From contig OZ037767.1 in assembly GCA_964035545.1 (NCBI GenBank), positions 18,258,259 through 18,322,258 on the forward strand: DNA of 64,000 bases, in the 5' to 3' direction. A program made the translations under genes and the position numbers. Positions 15,862-31,000 of this stretch are shown piece after piece. The stretch's first letter is position 1; each line of letters opens with the position of its first letter. This DNA is from Bugula neritina (taxonomy: Eukaryota > Animalia > Bryozoa). Under the pieces are notes generated by a model. The model was given only the letters and a program-made list of their open reading frames with translations. It made no database searches and was not told where the DNA came from.

Positions 15862-17265
15862 ATGTACTGTGACATTATAAACACAATTATCAATGATGGC
15901 GCTTTTCCAAATGAACTAAAAAAAGCTAAAGTTGTTCCTCTACACAAAAAAGGCATAGCTACTGATGTAAGTAATTACCGCCCAATTTCTATACTACCTG
16001 TTTTCAGTAAGATAGCTGAAAAGATTTTAAATAAGCAAATAGTAGATTTTCTAGAAAGCAAAAATTATTTAACTGATAAGCAGTACGGCTTTAGACGAAA
16101 TAGAAACACAAATAATGCCTTAATTAATCTAACAAATAAGGTTTTAAATGCCATGAACAATGGTAATTCTGTAGCTGGAATTTTCCTCGATTTTAGTAAG
16201 GCCTTTGACACAATAAATCATGAAATCTTATTAGCTAAATTAAAAATGCTCCACTTTTCAAGTCACAGTGTGAAGCTAATTAAAAATTATCTGTCCAATC
16301 GTCAACAGTCTACTATTATTAACAACACATATTCTGACTTTATTCATATCACATGTGGAGTACCACAAGGATCCATACTTGGTCCCACACTATTCCTAAT
16401 TTATATAAATGATCTTCCAGATGTAACTATGCATTTAGACCCTATATTATTTGCCGATGATACGAACCTCTTCTTTGAATCAAAAAATCTATTAAACAAT
16501 ATGGACGTCATAAACTGTGAATTAAAGAAAATTGAAAATTGGTGCAATAAAAATAAATTAACTGTAAATATGAGTAAAACAAACTATATGATAATCAAAA
16601 CAGCGCAAAATAAACAAGATTTAAATGGCTTTGCCTTAGAAATGTTTAACAAAAAATTAGTGGAAGTAAAATCAACTACCTTCTTAGGTATTATAATAGA
16701 TTCACATCTTTCTTGGCAACAACATTGCAGCAAACTTTGTCAAAACCTAAGGCCCTTAGTAGGCTTGATAAGTAAATGTTCCAATCACCTACCTAGAAAA
16801 ATTCTAATACAAATATATAACTCTTTTGTAAATTCTAAATTAACATATTGCCTAGAATCGTGGGGTAATGCAGCAAACATTTATCTTGAACCACTACATT
16901 TACTGCAAAAGAAAATACTGAGAATTATATATAAAAAGCATCACCTTTCCCCATCTAAACCACTGTTTCTTAGTTCTTCAATCATGCCTATTCACACTCT
17001 ACACAAATTCAAATTAATACTGCTCTCACATAAACTTTACTATTCTCAACTAACACATCTCACACATAACTATCCCACAAGATTTTCAGAGTTCAGCCTA
17101 CAAACTCCTCCATCATCAACTGCTGCAGGTCAACGAAGAGTGGAATTCCAATGTTCGTCGCTATGGAATAAATTGCCTAGTTCTATTCGTGCTGTGGAGA
17201 GGGAGGCTGGTTTCAAACTTGCCCTGAGAGACCATCTAATGGCAAATTTCCAGATAAAAAAATAA
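15862..17265 (+). CDS. LINE ORF2 fragment: reverse transcriptase plus C-terminal region, endonuclease missing; frame open, ATG lies in the satellite flank
   Basis: Motifs AKVVPLHKKG, NYRPISILPVFSKIAEK, QYGFR, FLDFSKAFDTINH, GVPQGSILGP, LFADDT, FLGIIID and LWNKLP; 467 codons without a stop. Confidence 0.9.
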   Translation: MYCDIINTIINDGAFPNELKKAKVVPLHKKGIATDVSNYRPISILPVFSKIAEKILNKQIVDFLESKNYLTDKQYGFRRNRNTNNALINLTNKVLNAMNNGNSVAGIFLDFSKAFDTINHEILLAKLKMLHFSSHSVKLIKNYLSNRQQSTIINNTYSDFIHITCGVPQGSILGPTLFLIYINDLPDVTMHLDPILFADDTNLFFESKNLLNNMDVINCELKKIENWCNKNKLTVNMSKTNYMIIKTAQNKQDLNGFALEMFNKKLVEVKSTTFLGIIIDSHLSWQQHCSKLCQNLRPLVGLISKCSNHLPRKILIQIYNSFVNSKLTYCLESWGNAANIYLEPLHLLQKKILRIIYKKHHLSPSKPLFLSSSIMPIHTLHKFKLILLSHKLYYSQLTHLTHNYPTRFSEFSLQTPPSSTAAGQRRVEFQCSSLWNKLPSSIRAVEREAGFKLALRDHLMANFQIKK

Positions 17266-17333
17266 TACTTTTTTAAGTTGCTAAAACTTCCAAAAACCTA
17301 AACAAAAATCTTATATAACTGTCAACCATTCAT

Positions 17334-17378
17334 GGCTCGGTGCCCCGACTAGCTACAGTGCTATTGCGCCATAGGCCC
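17334..17378 (+). promoter_or_regulatory. LINE 3'-UTR stem-loop (putative RT recognition element), element 1
   Basis: GC-rich island in an AT-rich UTR. Inner stem TAGC(17350)/GCTA(17360); outer stems GGTGC/GCGCC and GGCT/GGCC with G-U pairs. Homologous to 60249-60292. Confidence 0.6.
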
Positions 17379-17434
17379 TGTCATTTTGTTTATTTTTTTC
17401 TCAATTAATTTTTTCCCGACTATGACAAAATAAA

Positions 17435-17470
17435 AAACAAACAAACAAACAAACAAACAAACAAACAAAC
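17435..17470 (+). repeat. (AAAC)9 LINE 3' tail
   Basis: Nine perfect AAAC units immediately after AATAAA. Confidence 0.95.
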
Positions 17471-20252
17471 ATACTGGAATATACTGTAACACAATGAAAT
17501 ATACTTCAACATACTGAAATACGCTGTAACATACTGAAATATACTGCAACCTACTGCAACATACTAAAATACACTGTAACATACTGAAATACACTGCAAC
17601 ATACTACAACATACTGAAATACACTGTAACATATTGAAATACACTGCAACACACTGAAATATACTGCAACATACCGAAATATATGGTAAACTACTGAAAA
17701 ATACTGTAACACATTGAAAAATACTGCAACATACCGAAATATACTGTAACACACTGAAATATACTGCAACATACTGAATTACACTGTAACATACTGAAAT
17801 ATACTGCAACATACTGAAATACGCTGCTACATACTGAAATATACTGCAAAATACTGCAACATACTGAAATACACTGTAACATACTGAAATAAACTGCAAC
17901 ACACTGAAATATACTGCAACATACCGAAATATATGGTAGACTACTGAAAAATACTGTAACACATTGAAAAATACTGCAACATACTGAAATATACTGTAAC
18001 ACACTGAAATATACTGCAACATACTGAAGTACACTGTAATATACTGAAATACACTGTAACATACTGAAATACACTGCGACATACTACAACATACTGAAAT
18101 ACACTGTAACATATTGAAATACACTGCAATACACTGAAACATATTGAAATACACTGCAACACACTGAAATATACTGCAACATCCCGAAATAAATGGTAAA
18201 CTACTGAAATATACTGTAACACATTGAAAAATACTGCATCATATTGAAATATAGTGTAACACACTGAAATATACTGCAACATACTGAAATACACTGTAAC
18301 ATACTAAAAGATACTGCAACATAGTGAAATACACTGCTACATACTGAAATATACTGCAACATACTGCAACATACTGAAATACATTGTAACACACTGAAAT
18401 ACGCTGAAACATACTGCAACATATTGAAATACACTGCAACACATCGAATTATACTGCAACATACCTAAATATACAGTAATATACTGAAATATACTGTAAC
18501 ACATTGAAAAGTACTGAAACATACTGAAATATACTGAAAGACACTGCTACATACTGAAATATACTGCAAGATACTGCAACATACTGAAATACACTATAAC
18601 ATACTGAAATATACTGCAACATACTGAAATACACTGCTACATACTGAAATATACTGCAACATACCTAAATATACGGTCATATACTACAATATACTGTAAC
18701 ACATTGAAAAACACTGCAACATACTGAACTATACTGCAAGATACTGAAATGCACTGTAACATACTGAAACACACTGCAACATACTGCATTATACTGACAT
18801 ACGCTGTAACATATTGAAATACACTGCAACACATTGAAATATACTCTAACTCACTGAAATATAGTGTAATATACGGAAATGTACTGTGACATACTGGAAT
18901 ATACTGTAACACAATGAAATATACTTCAACATACTGAAATACGCTGTAACATACTGAAATATACTGCAACCTACTGCAACATACTGAAATACACTGTAAC
19001 ATACTGAAATACACTGCAACATACTACAACATACTGAAATACACCGTAACATATTGAAATACACTGCAACACACTGAAATATACTGCTACATACCGAAAT
19101 ATATGGTAAACTACTGAAAAATACTGTAACACATTGAAAAATACTGCAACATACTGAAATATACTGTAACACACTGAAATATACTGCAACATACTGAATT
19201 ACACTGCTACATACTGAAATATACTGCAAAATACTGCAACTTACTGAAATACACTGTAACATACTGAAATACACTGCAACATACTGCATTATACTGACAT
19301 CTACTGGGACATATGGAATTACACTGCAACAAATTGAAGTACACTGCGACGCACTGAAACATACGGCAATATACTGAAATGTACTGCGACACATTGATAT
19401 ATACTGCAACATACTGAAATATGCTGTAGCGTACTGAAATTCACTGCAACACACTGAAGTATACTGTAATATACAGAAATGTAATGTAACAAACTGAAAC
19501 ATACGTCAACATACTGCAACATACTGCAACATACTGAAATACGCTGTAAAATACTGAAATACACTGCAACATACTGAATTATACTGACATACACTGGAAC
19601 ATATTGAAATATACTGCAACAAATTGAAGTATACTGCAACACACTGAAACATACGGCAACATACTGAAATATACTGCGACACATTGAAATATACTGCAAC
19701 ATACTGAAATACACTGTATCATACTGAAATAAACTGCAACACACTGAAGTGTACTGTAATATACAGACATGTACTGTAACAAACTGAAACATACGTCAAC
19801 ATACTAAAATGTACTGCAACAGACTGAGATACACTGTAATATACTGAAATATACTGCAACATACTGCATTATACTGACATACGCTGTAACATATTGAAAT
19901 ACACTGCAACGCTTTGAAATATACTGTAACTCACTGAAATATACTGCAACATACTGAAATACACTGCAACATACTACAACATACTGAAATACACTGTAAC
20001 AGATCGAATTACACTGCAACAAATTGAAATATACGGCAACATACCAAAATATACGATAAACTACTGAAATATCCTGTAACACATTGAAATACACTTTAAC
20101 ATACTGAAATATACTGCAACCTACTGCAACATACTGACATACGCTGTAACATATTGAAATACACTGCAACACATTGAAATATACTGTAACTCACTGAAAT
20201 ATAGTGTAATATACGGAAATGTACTGTAACATACTGGAATATACTATAACAC

Positions 20253-23200
20253 ACTGAAATACACTGTAACATACTGCAACATTCTAAAATACACTGTAAC
20301 ATATCGAAATACACTGCCACACACTGAAATATACTGCAACATACCGAAATCAATGGTAAACTACTGAAATATACTGTAACACAATGAAAAACACTGCAAC
20401 ATACTGAACTATACTGCAAGATACTGCAACATACTGAAATACACTGTAACATACTGAACCACACTGCAACATACTGCATTATACTGACATACGCTGTAAC
20501 ATATTGAAATACACTGCAACGCTTTGAAATATACTGTAACTCACTGAAATATACTGCAACATACTGAAATACACTGTAACATACTGAAGTATACTGCATC
20601 ATACTGAAATAAACTGCTACATACTGAAATATACTTCAAGATACTGCCACAAACTGAAATACACTGTAACATACTGAAATACACTGCAACATACTGCATT
20701 ATACTGACATACACTGGAACATATTGAAATATACTGCAACAAATTGAAGTATACTGCAACACACTGAAACATACGGCAACATACTGAAATATACTGCGAC
20801 ACATTGAAATATACTGCAACATACTGAAATACACTGTATCATACTGAAATAAACTGCAACACACTGAAGTGTACTGTAATATACAGACATGTACTGTAAC
20901 AAACTGAAACATACGTCAACATACTAAAATGTACTGCAACATACTGAGATACACTGCAATATACTGAAATATACTGCAACCTACTGCAACATACTGACAT
21001 ACGCTGTAACATATTGAAATACACTGCAACACATTGAAATATACTCTAACTCACTGAAATATAGTGTAATATACGGAAATGTACTGTGACATACTGGAAT
21101 ATACTGTAACACAATGAAATATACTTCAACATACTGAAATACGCTGTAACATACTGAAATATACTGCAACCTAGTGCAACATACTGAAATACACTGTAAC
21201 ATACTGAAATACGCTGCAACATACTACAACATACTGAAATACACTGTAACATATTGAAATACACTGCAACACACTGAAATATACTGCAACATACCGAAAT
21301 ATATGGTAGACTACTGAAAAATACTGTAACACATTGAAAAATACTGCAACATACTGAAATATACTGTAACACACTGAAATATACTGCAACATACTGAAAT
21401 ACACTGTAACATACTGAAATACACTGTAACATACTGAAATACACTGCGACATACTACAACATACTGAAATACACTGTAACATATTGAAATACACTGCAAT
21501 ACACTGAAACATATTGAAATACACTGCAACACACTGAAATATACTGCAACATACCGAAATAAATGGTAAACTACTGAAATATACTGTAACACATTGAAAA
21601 ATACTGCAACATATTGAAATATAGTGTAACACACTGAAATATACTGCAACATACTGAAATACACTGTAACATACTAAAATATACTGCAACATACTGAAAT
21701 ACACTGCTACATACTGAAATATACTGCAACATACTGCAACATACTGAAATACACTGTAACATACTGAAATACGCTGAAACATACTGCAACATACTGAAAT
21801 ACACTGCAACACATCGAATTATACTGCAACATACCTAAATATACAGTAATATACTGAAATATACTGTAACACATTGAAAAGCACTGCACCATACTGAAAT
21901 ATACTGAAAGACACTGCTACATACTGAAATATACTGCAACATACCTAAATATACGGTAATATACTAAAATATACTGTAACACATTGAAAAACACTGCAAC
22001 ATACTGAACTATACTGCAAGATACTGAAATACACTGTAACATACCGAAATATACTGCAACATACTGCATTATACTGACATACGCTGTAACATATTGAAAT
22101 ACACTGCAACACATTGAAATATAATCTAACTCACTAAAATATAGTGTAATATACGGAAATGTACTTTGACATACTGGAATATACTGTAACACAATGAAAT
22201 ATACTTCAACATACTGAAATACGCTGGAACATACTGAAATATACTGCAACCTACTGCAACATACTGAAATACACTGTAACATACTGAAATACACTGCAAC
22301 ATACTACAACATGCTGAATTACACTGTAACATATTGAAATACACTGCAACGCACTGAAATATACTGCAACATACCGAAATATATGGTAAACTACTGACAA
22401 ATAATGTAAAACATTGAAAAATACTGCAACATACTGAAATATACTGTAACACACTGAAATATACTGCAACATACTGAAATACACTGTAACATACCGAAAT
22501 ATACTGCAACATACTGAAATACACTGCTACATACTGAAATATACTGCAAAATACTGCAACATACTGAAAAACACTGTAACATACTGAAATACACTGCAAC
22601 ACACTACAACATACAGAAATACAGTGTAACATATTGAAATACACTGCAACACAATGATATATACTGCAACATACCGAAATATATGGTAAACTACTGAAAT
22701 ATACTGTAACACATTGAAAAATACTGCAACATAAAGAAATATACTGTGACACACTGAAATATACTGCAACATACTGAAATACACTGAAACATACTGAAAT
22801 AGACTGCTACATACTGAAATATACTTCAAGATACTGCAACAAACTGAAATACATTGTAACATACTGAAATACACTGCAACATACTGCATTATACTGACAT
22901 CTACTGGGACATATGGAATTACACTGCAACAAATTGAAGTACACTGCGACGCACTGAAACATACGTCAACATACCAAAATGTACTGCAACATACTGAGAT
23001 ACACTGTAATATACTGAAATATACTGCAACCTACTGCAACATACTGACATACGCTGTAACATATTGAAATACAGTGCAACACATTGAAATATACTCTAAC
23101 TAACTGAAATATAGTGTAATATACGGAAATGTACTGTGACATACTGGAATATACTGTAACACAATGAAATATACTTCAACATACTGAAATACGCTGTAAC

Positions 23201-26200
23201 ATACTGAAATATACTGCAACCTACTGCAACATACTAAAATACACTGTAACATACTGAAATACACTGCAACATACTACAACATACTGAAATACACTGTAAC
23301 ATATTGAAATACACTGCAACACACTGAAATATACTGCAACATACCGAAATATATGGTAAACTACTGAAAAATACTGTAACACATTGAAAAATACTGCAAC
23401 ATACCGAAATATACTGTAACACACTGAAATATACTGCAACATACTGAATTACACTGTAACATACTGAAATATACTGCAACATACTGAAATACGCTGCTAC
23501 ATACTGAAATATACTGCAAAATACTGCAACATACTGAAATACACTGTAACATACTGAAATAAACTGCAACACACTGAAGTGTACTGTAATATACAGACAT
23601 GTACTGTAACAAACTGAAACATACGTCAACATACTAAAATGTACTGCAACATACTGAGATACACTGTAATATACTGAAATATACTGCAACCTACTGCAAC
23701 ATACTGACATACGCTGTAACATATTGAAATACTTTGCAACACATTGAAATATACTCTAACTCACTGAAATATAGTGTAATATACGGAAATGTACTGTGAC
23801 ATACTGGAATATACTGTAACACAATGAAATATACTTCAACATACTGAAATACGCTGTAACATACTGAAATATACTGCAACCTACTGCAACATACTGAAAC
23901 ACACTGTAACATACTGAAATACACTGCAACATACTGAATTATACTGACATACACTGGGACATATTGAAATACACTGCAACAAATTGAAGTATACTGCAAC
24001 ACACTGAAACATACGCCGACACACTGAAAAATACTGCGACACATTGAAATATACTGCAACATACTGCAACATACTGAAATACATTGTAACATACTGAAAT
24101 ACACTGCAACATACTACAACATACTGAAATACACTGTAACATACTGCAACATTCTAAAATACACTGTAACATATCGAAATACACTGCCACACACTGAAAT
24201 ATACTGCAACATACCGAAATCAATGGTAAACTACTGAAATATACTGTAACACAATGAAAAACACTGCAACATACTGAACTATACTGCAAGATACTGCAAC
24301 ATACTGAAATACACTGTAACATACTGAACCACACTGCAACATACTGCATTATACTGACATACGCTGTAACATATTGAAATACACTGCAACGCTTTGAAAT
24401 ATACTGTAACTCACTGAAATATACTGCAACATACTGAAATACACTGTAACATACTGAAGTATACTGCATCATACTGAAATAAACTGCTACATACTGAAAT
24501 ATACTTCAAGATACTGCCACAAACTGAAATACACTGTAACATACTGAAATACACTGCAACATACTGCATTATACTGACATACACTGGAACATATTGAAAT
24601 ATACTGCAACAAATTGAAGTATACTGCAACACACTGAAACATACGGCAACATACTGAAATATACTGCGACACATTGAAATATACTGCAACATACTGAAAT
24701 ACACTGTATCATACTGAAATAAACTGCAACACACTGAAGTGTACTGTAATATACAGACATGTACTGTAACAAACTGAAACATACGTCAACATACTAAAAT
24801 GTACTGCAACATACTGAGATACACTGCAATATACTGAAATATACTGCAACCTACTGCAACATACTGACATACGCTGTAACATATTGAAATACACTGCAAC
24901 ACATTGAAATATACTCTAACTCACTGAAATATAGTGTAATATACGGAAATGTACTGTGACATACTGGAATATACTGTAACACAATGAAATATACTTCAAC
25001 ATACTGAAATACGCTGTAACATACTGAAATATACTGCAACCTAGTGCAACATACTGAAATACACTGTAACATACTGAAATACGCTGCAACATACTACAAC
25101 ATACTGAAATACACTGTAACATATTGAAATACACTGCAACACACTGAAATATACTGCAACATACCGAAATATATGGTAGACTACTGAAAAATACTGTAAC
25201 ACATTGAAAAATACTGCAACATACTGAAATATACTGTAACACACTGAAATATACTGCAACATACTGAAATACACTGTAACATACTGAAATACACTGTAAC
25301 ATACTGAAATACACTGCGACATACTACAACATACTGAAATACACTGTAACATATTGAAATACACTGCAATACACTGAAACATATTGAAATACACTGCAAC
25401 ACACTGAAATATACTGCAACATACCGAAATAAATGGTAAACTACTGAAATATACTGTAACACATTGAAAAATACTGCAACATATTGAAATATAGTGTAAC
25501 ACACTGAAATATACTGCAACATACTGAAATACACTGTAACATACTAAAATATACTGCAACATACTGAAATACACTGCTACATACTGAAATATACTGCAAC
25601 ATACTGCAACATACTGAAATACACTGTAACATACTGAAATACGCTGAAACATACTGCAACATACTGAAATACACTGCAACACATCGAATTATACTGCAAC
25701 ATACCTAAATATACAGTAATATACTGAAATATACTGTAACACATTGAAAAGCACTGCACCATACTGAAATATACTGAAAGACACTGCTACATACTGAAAT
25801 ATACTGCAACATACCTAAATATACGGTAATATACTAAAATATACTGTAACACATTGAAAAACACTGCAACATACTGAACTATACTGCAAGATACTGAAAT
25901 ACACTGTAACATACCGAAATATACTGCAACATACTGCATTATACTGACATACGCTGTAACATATTGAAATACACTGCAACACATTGAAATATAATCTAAC
26001 TCACTAAAATATAGTGTAATATACGGAAATGTACTTTGACATACTGGAATATACTGTAACACAATGAAATATACTTCAACATACTGAAATACGCTGGAAC
26101 ATACTGAAATATACTGCAACCTACTGCAACATACTGAAATACACTGTAACATACTGAAATACACTGCAACATACTACAACATGCTGAATTACACTGTAAC

Positions 26201-28011
26201 ATATTGAAATACACTGCAACGCACTGAAATATACTGCAACATACCGAAATATATGGTAAACTACTGACAAATAATGTAAAACATTGAAAAATACTGCAAC
26301 ATACTGAAATATACTGTAACACACTGAAATATACTGCAACATACTGAAATACACTGTAACATACCGAAATATACTGCAACATACTGAAATACACTGCTAC
26401 ATACTGAAATATACTGCAAAATACTGCAACATACTGAAAAACACTGTAACATACTGAAATACACTGCAACACACTACAACATACAGAAATACAGTGTAAC
26501 ATATTGAAATACACTGCAACACAATGATATATACTGCAACATACCGAAATATATGGTAAACTACTGAAATATACTGTAACACATTGAAAAATACTGCAAC
26601 ATAAAGAAATATACTGTGACACACTGAAATATACTGCAACATACTGAAATACACTGAAACATACTGAAATAGACTGCTACATACTGAAATATACTTCAAG
26701 ATACTGCAACAAACTGAAATACATTGTAACATACTGAAATACACTGCAACATACTGCATTATACTGACATCTACTGGGACATATGGAATTACACTGCAAC
26801 AAATTGAAGTACACTGCGACGCACTGAAACATACGTCAACATACCAAAATGTACTGCAACATACTGAGATACACTGTAATATACTGAAATATACTGCAAC
26901 CTACTGCAACATACTGACATACGCTGTAACATATTGAAATACAGTGCAACACATTGAAATATACTCTAACTAACTGAAATATAGTGTAATATACGGAAAT
27001 GTACTGTGACATACTGGAATATACTGTAACACAATGAAATATACTTCAACATACTGAAATACGCTGTAACATACTGAAATATACTGCAACCTACTGCAAC
27101 ATACTAAAATACACTGTAACATACTGAAATACACTGCAACATACTACAACATACTGAAATACACTGTAACATATTGAAATACACTGCAACACACTGAAAT
27201 ATACTGCAACATACCGAAATATATGGTAAACTACTGAAAAATACTGTAACACATTGAAAAATACTGCAACATACCGAAATATACTGTAACACACTGAAAT
27301 ATACTGCAACATACTGAATTACACTGTAACATACTGAAATATACTGCAACATACTGAAATACGCTGCTACATACTGAAATATACTGCAAAATACTGCAAC
27401 ATACTGAAATACACTGTAACATACTGAAATAAACTGCAACACACTGAAGTGTACTGTAATATACAGACATGTACTGTAACAAACTGAAACATACGTCAAC
27501 ATACTAAAATGTACTGCAACATACTGAGATACACTGTAATATACTGAAATATACTGCAACCTACTGCAACATACTGACATACGCTGTAACATATTGAAAT
27601 ACTTTGCAACACATTGAAATATACTCTAACTCACTGAAATATAGTGTAATATACGGAAATGTACTGTGACATACTGGAATATACTGTAACACAATGAAAT
27701 ATACTTCAACATACTGAAATACGCTGTAACATACTGAAATATACTGCAACCTACTGCAACATACTGAAACACACTGTAACATACTGAAATACACTGCAAC
27801 ATACTGAATTATACTGACATACACTGGGACATATTGAAATACACTGCAACAAATTGAAGTATACTGCAACACACTGAAACATACGCCGACACACTGAAAA
27901 ATACTGCGACACATTGAAATATACTGCAACATACTGCAACATACTGAAATACATTGTAACATACTGAAATACACTGCAACATACTACAACATACTGAAAT
28001 ACACTGTAACA
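20253..28011 (+). repeat. 3870-bp near-perfect tandem duplication
   Basis: ORFs 20541/24411, 21171/25041, 22527/26397, 23234/27104 and 23691/27561 are identical at offset 3870; identity is lost at 28012. Confidence 0.93.
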
Positions 28012-31000
28012 GATCGAATTACACTGCAACAAATTGAAATATACTGCAACATACCAAAATATACGATAAACTACTGAAATATCCTGTAACACATTGAAAT
28101 ACACTTTAACATACTGAAATATACTGCAACCTACTGCAACATACTGACATACGCTGTAACATATTGAAATACACTGCAACACATTGAAATATACTGTAAC
28201 TCACTGAAATATAGTGTAATATACGGAAATGTACTGTAACATACTGGAATATACTATAACACACTGAAATACACTGTAACATACTGCAACATTCTAAAAT
28301 ACACTGTAACATATCGAAATACACTGCCACACACTGAAATATACTGCAACATACCGAAATCAATGGTAAACTACTGAAATATACTGTAACACAATGAAAA
28401 ACACTGCAACATACTGAACTATACTGCAAGATACTGCAACATACTGAAATACACTGTAACATACTGAACCACACTGCAACATACTGCATTATACTGACAT
28501 ACGCTGTAACATATTGAAATACACTGCAACGCTCTGAAATATACTGTAACTCACTGAAATATACTGCAACATACTGAAATACACTGTATCATATTGAAAT
28601 AAACTGCAACACACTGAAGTGTACTGTAATATACAGACATGTACTGTAACAAACTGAAACATACGTCAACATACTAAAATGTACTGCAACATACTGAGAT
28701 ACACTGTAATATACTGAAATATACTGCAACCTACTGCAACATACTGACATACGCTGTAACATATTGAAATACACTGCAACACATTGAAATATACTCTAAC
28801 TCACTGAAATATAGTGTAATATACGGAAATGTACTGTGACATACTGGAATATACTGTAACACAATGAAATATACTTCAACATACTGAAATACGCTGTAAC
28901 ATACTGAAATATACTGCAACCTACTGCAACATACTGAAATACACTGTAACATACTGAAATACACTGCAACATACTACAACATACTGAAATACACTGTAAC
29001 ATATTGAAATACAATGCAACACACTGAAATATACTGCAACATACCGAAATATATGGTAGACTACTGAAAAATACTGTAACACATTGAAAAATACTGCAAC
29101 ATACTGAAATACACTGTAACATACTGAAATACACTGTAACATACTGAAATACACTGCAACATACTGCATTATACTGACATCTACTGGGACATATGGAATT
29201 ACACTGCAACAAATTGAAGTACACTGCGACGCACTGAAACATACGGCAATATACTGAAATGTACTGCGACACATTGATATATACTGCAACATACTGAAAT
29301 ATGCTGTAGCGTACTGAAATTCACTGCAACACACTGAAGTATACTGTAATATACAGAAATGTAATGTAACAAACTGAAACATACGTCAACATACTGCAAC
29401 ATACTGCAACATACTGAAATACGCTGTAAAATACTGAAATACACTGCAACATACTTAATTATACTGACATACACTGGAACATATTGAAATATACTGCAAC
29501 AAATTGAAGTATACTGCAACACACTGAAACATACGGCAACATACTGAAATATACTGCGACACATTGAAATATACTGCAACATACTGAAATACACTGTATC
29601 ATACTGAAATAAACTGCAACACACTGAAGTGTACTGTAATATACAGACATGTACTGTAACAAACTGAAACATACGTCAACATACTAAAATGTACTGCAAC
29701 AGACTGAGATACACTGTAATATACTGAAATATACTGCAACATACTGCATTATACTGACATACGCTGTAACATATTGAAATACACTGCAACGCTTTGAAAT
29801 ATACTGTAACTCACTGAAATATACTGCAACATACTGAAATACACTGCAACATACTACAACATACTGAAATACACTGTAACAGATCGAATTACACTGCAAC
29901 AAATTGAAATATACGGCAACATACCAAAATATACGATAAACTACTGAAATATCCTGTAACACATTGAAATACACTTTAACATACTGAAATATACTGCAAC
30001 CTACTGCAACATACTGACATACGCTGTAACATATTGAAATACACTGCAACACATTGAAATATACTGTAACTCACTGAAATATAGTGTAATATACGGAAAT
30101 GTACTGTAACATACTGGAATATACTATAACACACTGAAATACACTGTAACATACTGCAACATTCTAAAATACACTGTAACATATCGAAATACACTGCCAC
30201 ACACTGAAATATACTGCAACATACCGAAATCAATGGTAAACTACTGAAATATACTGTAACACAATGAAAAACACTGCAACATACTGAACTATACTGCAAG
30301 ATACTGCAACATACTGAAATACACTGTAACATACTGAACCACACTGCAACATACTGCATTATACTGACATACGCTGTAACATATTGAAATACACTGCAAC
30401 GCTTTGAAATATACTGTAACTCACTGAAATATACTGCAACATACTGAAATACACTGTAACATACTGAAGTATACTGCATCATACTGAAATAAACTGCTAC
30501 ATACTGAAATATACTTCAAGATACTGCCACAAACTGAAATACACTGTAAAATACTGAAATACACTGCAACATACTGCATTATACTGACATACACTGGATC
30601 ATAGTGAAATATACTGCAACAAATTGAAGTATACTGCAACACACTGAAACATACGGCAACATACTGAAATATACTGCGACACATTGAAATATACTGCAAC
30701 ATACTGAAATACACTGTATCATACTGAAATGAACTGCAATACACTGAAGTGTACTGTAATATACAGACATGTACTGTAACAAACTGAAAAATACGTCAAC
30801 ATACTAAAATGTACTGCAACATACTGAGATACACTGCAATATACTGAAATATACTGCAACCTACTGCAACATACTGACATACGCTGTAACATATTGAAAT
30901 ACACTGCAACAGATTGAAATATACTCTAACTCACTGAAATATCGTGTAATATACGGAAATGTACTGTGACATACTGGAATATACTGTAACACAATGAAAT

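Larger units (their letters stand above)
1..15875 (+). repeat. 10-bp/20-bp satellite array (ACTGAAATAY-ACTGYAACAT)n, segment 1, homogeneous subfamily I
   Basis: Uninterrupted tandem 10-mers ACTGCAACAT/ACTGTAACAT alternating with ACTGAAATAT/ACTGAAATAC. The register stays fixed line after line; the segment ends at the LINE junction ...tgtgacat. Confidence 0.99.
15876..17470 (+). mobile_element. 5'-truncated non-LTR retrotransposon (CR1/L2 group, Crack-like), young insertion
   Basis: Non-satellite 1.6-kb insert with a non-LTR RT ORF, a ~200-bp 3'UTR, AATAAA at 17429-17434 and an (AAAC)9 tail at 17435-17470. TSD is 2-4 bp (AT or ACAT, 15872-15875 and 17469-17472). Empty sites occur at 23131-23150 and 27001-27020. 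The clade call comes from motif style and the short-repeat tail, not from a phylogeny. Confidence 0.95.

Noticed and set aside
15862-17265. Bacterial RT system (retron, DGR, group II intron) or telomerase
   Set aside because: The motifs (YRPISIL, QYGFR, GVPQGSILGP, LFADDT, WNKLP), 5' truncation, 3'UTR and tandem-repeat tail are those of an APE-type non-LTR retrotransposon.
17435-17470. (AAAC)n as an independent microsatellite or telomeric repeat
   Set aside because: It occurs only at the 3' ends of the two LINEs right after AATAAA, so it is best read as the element tail.
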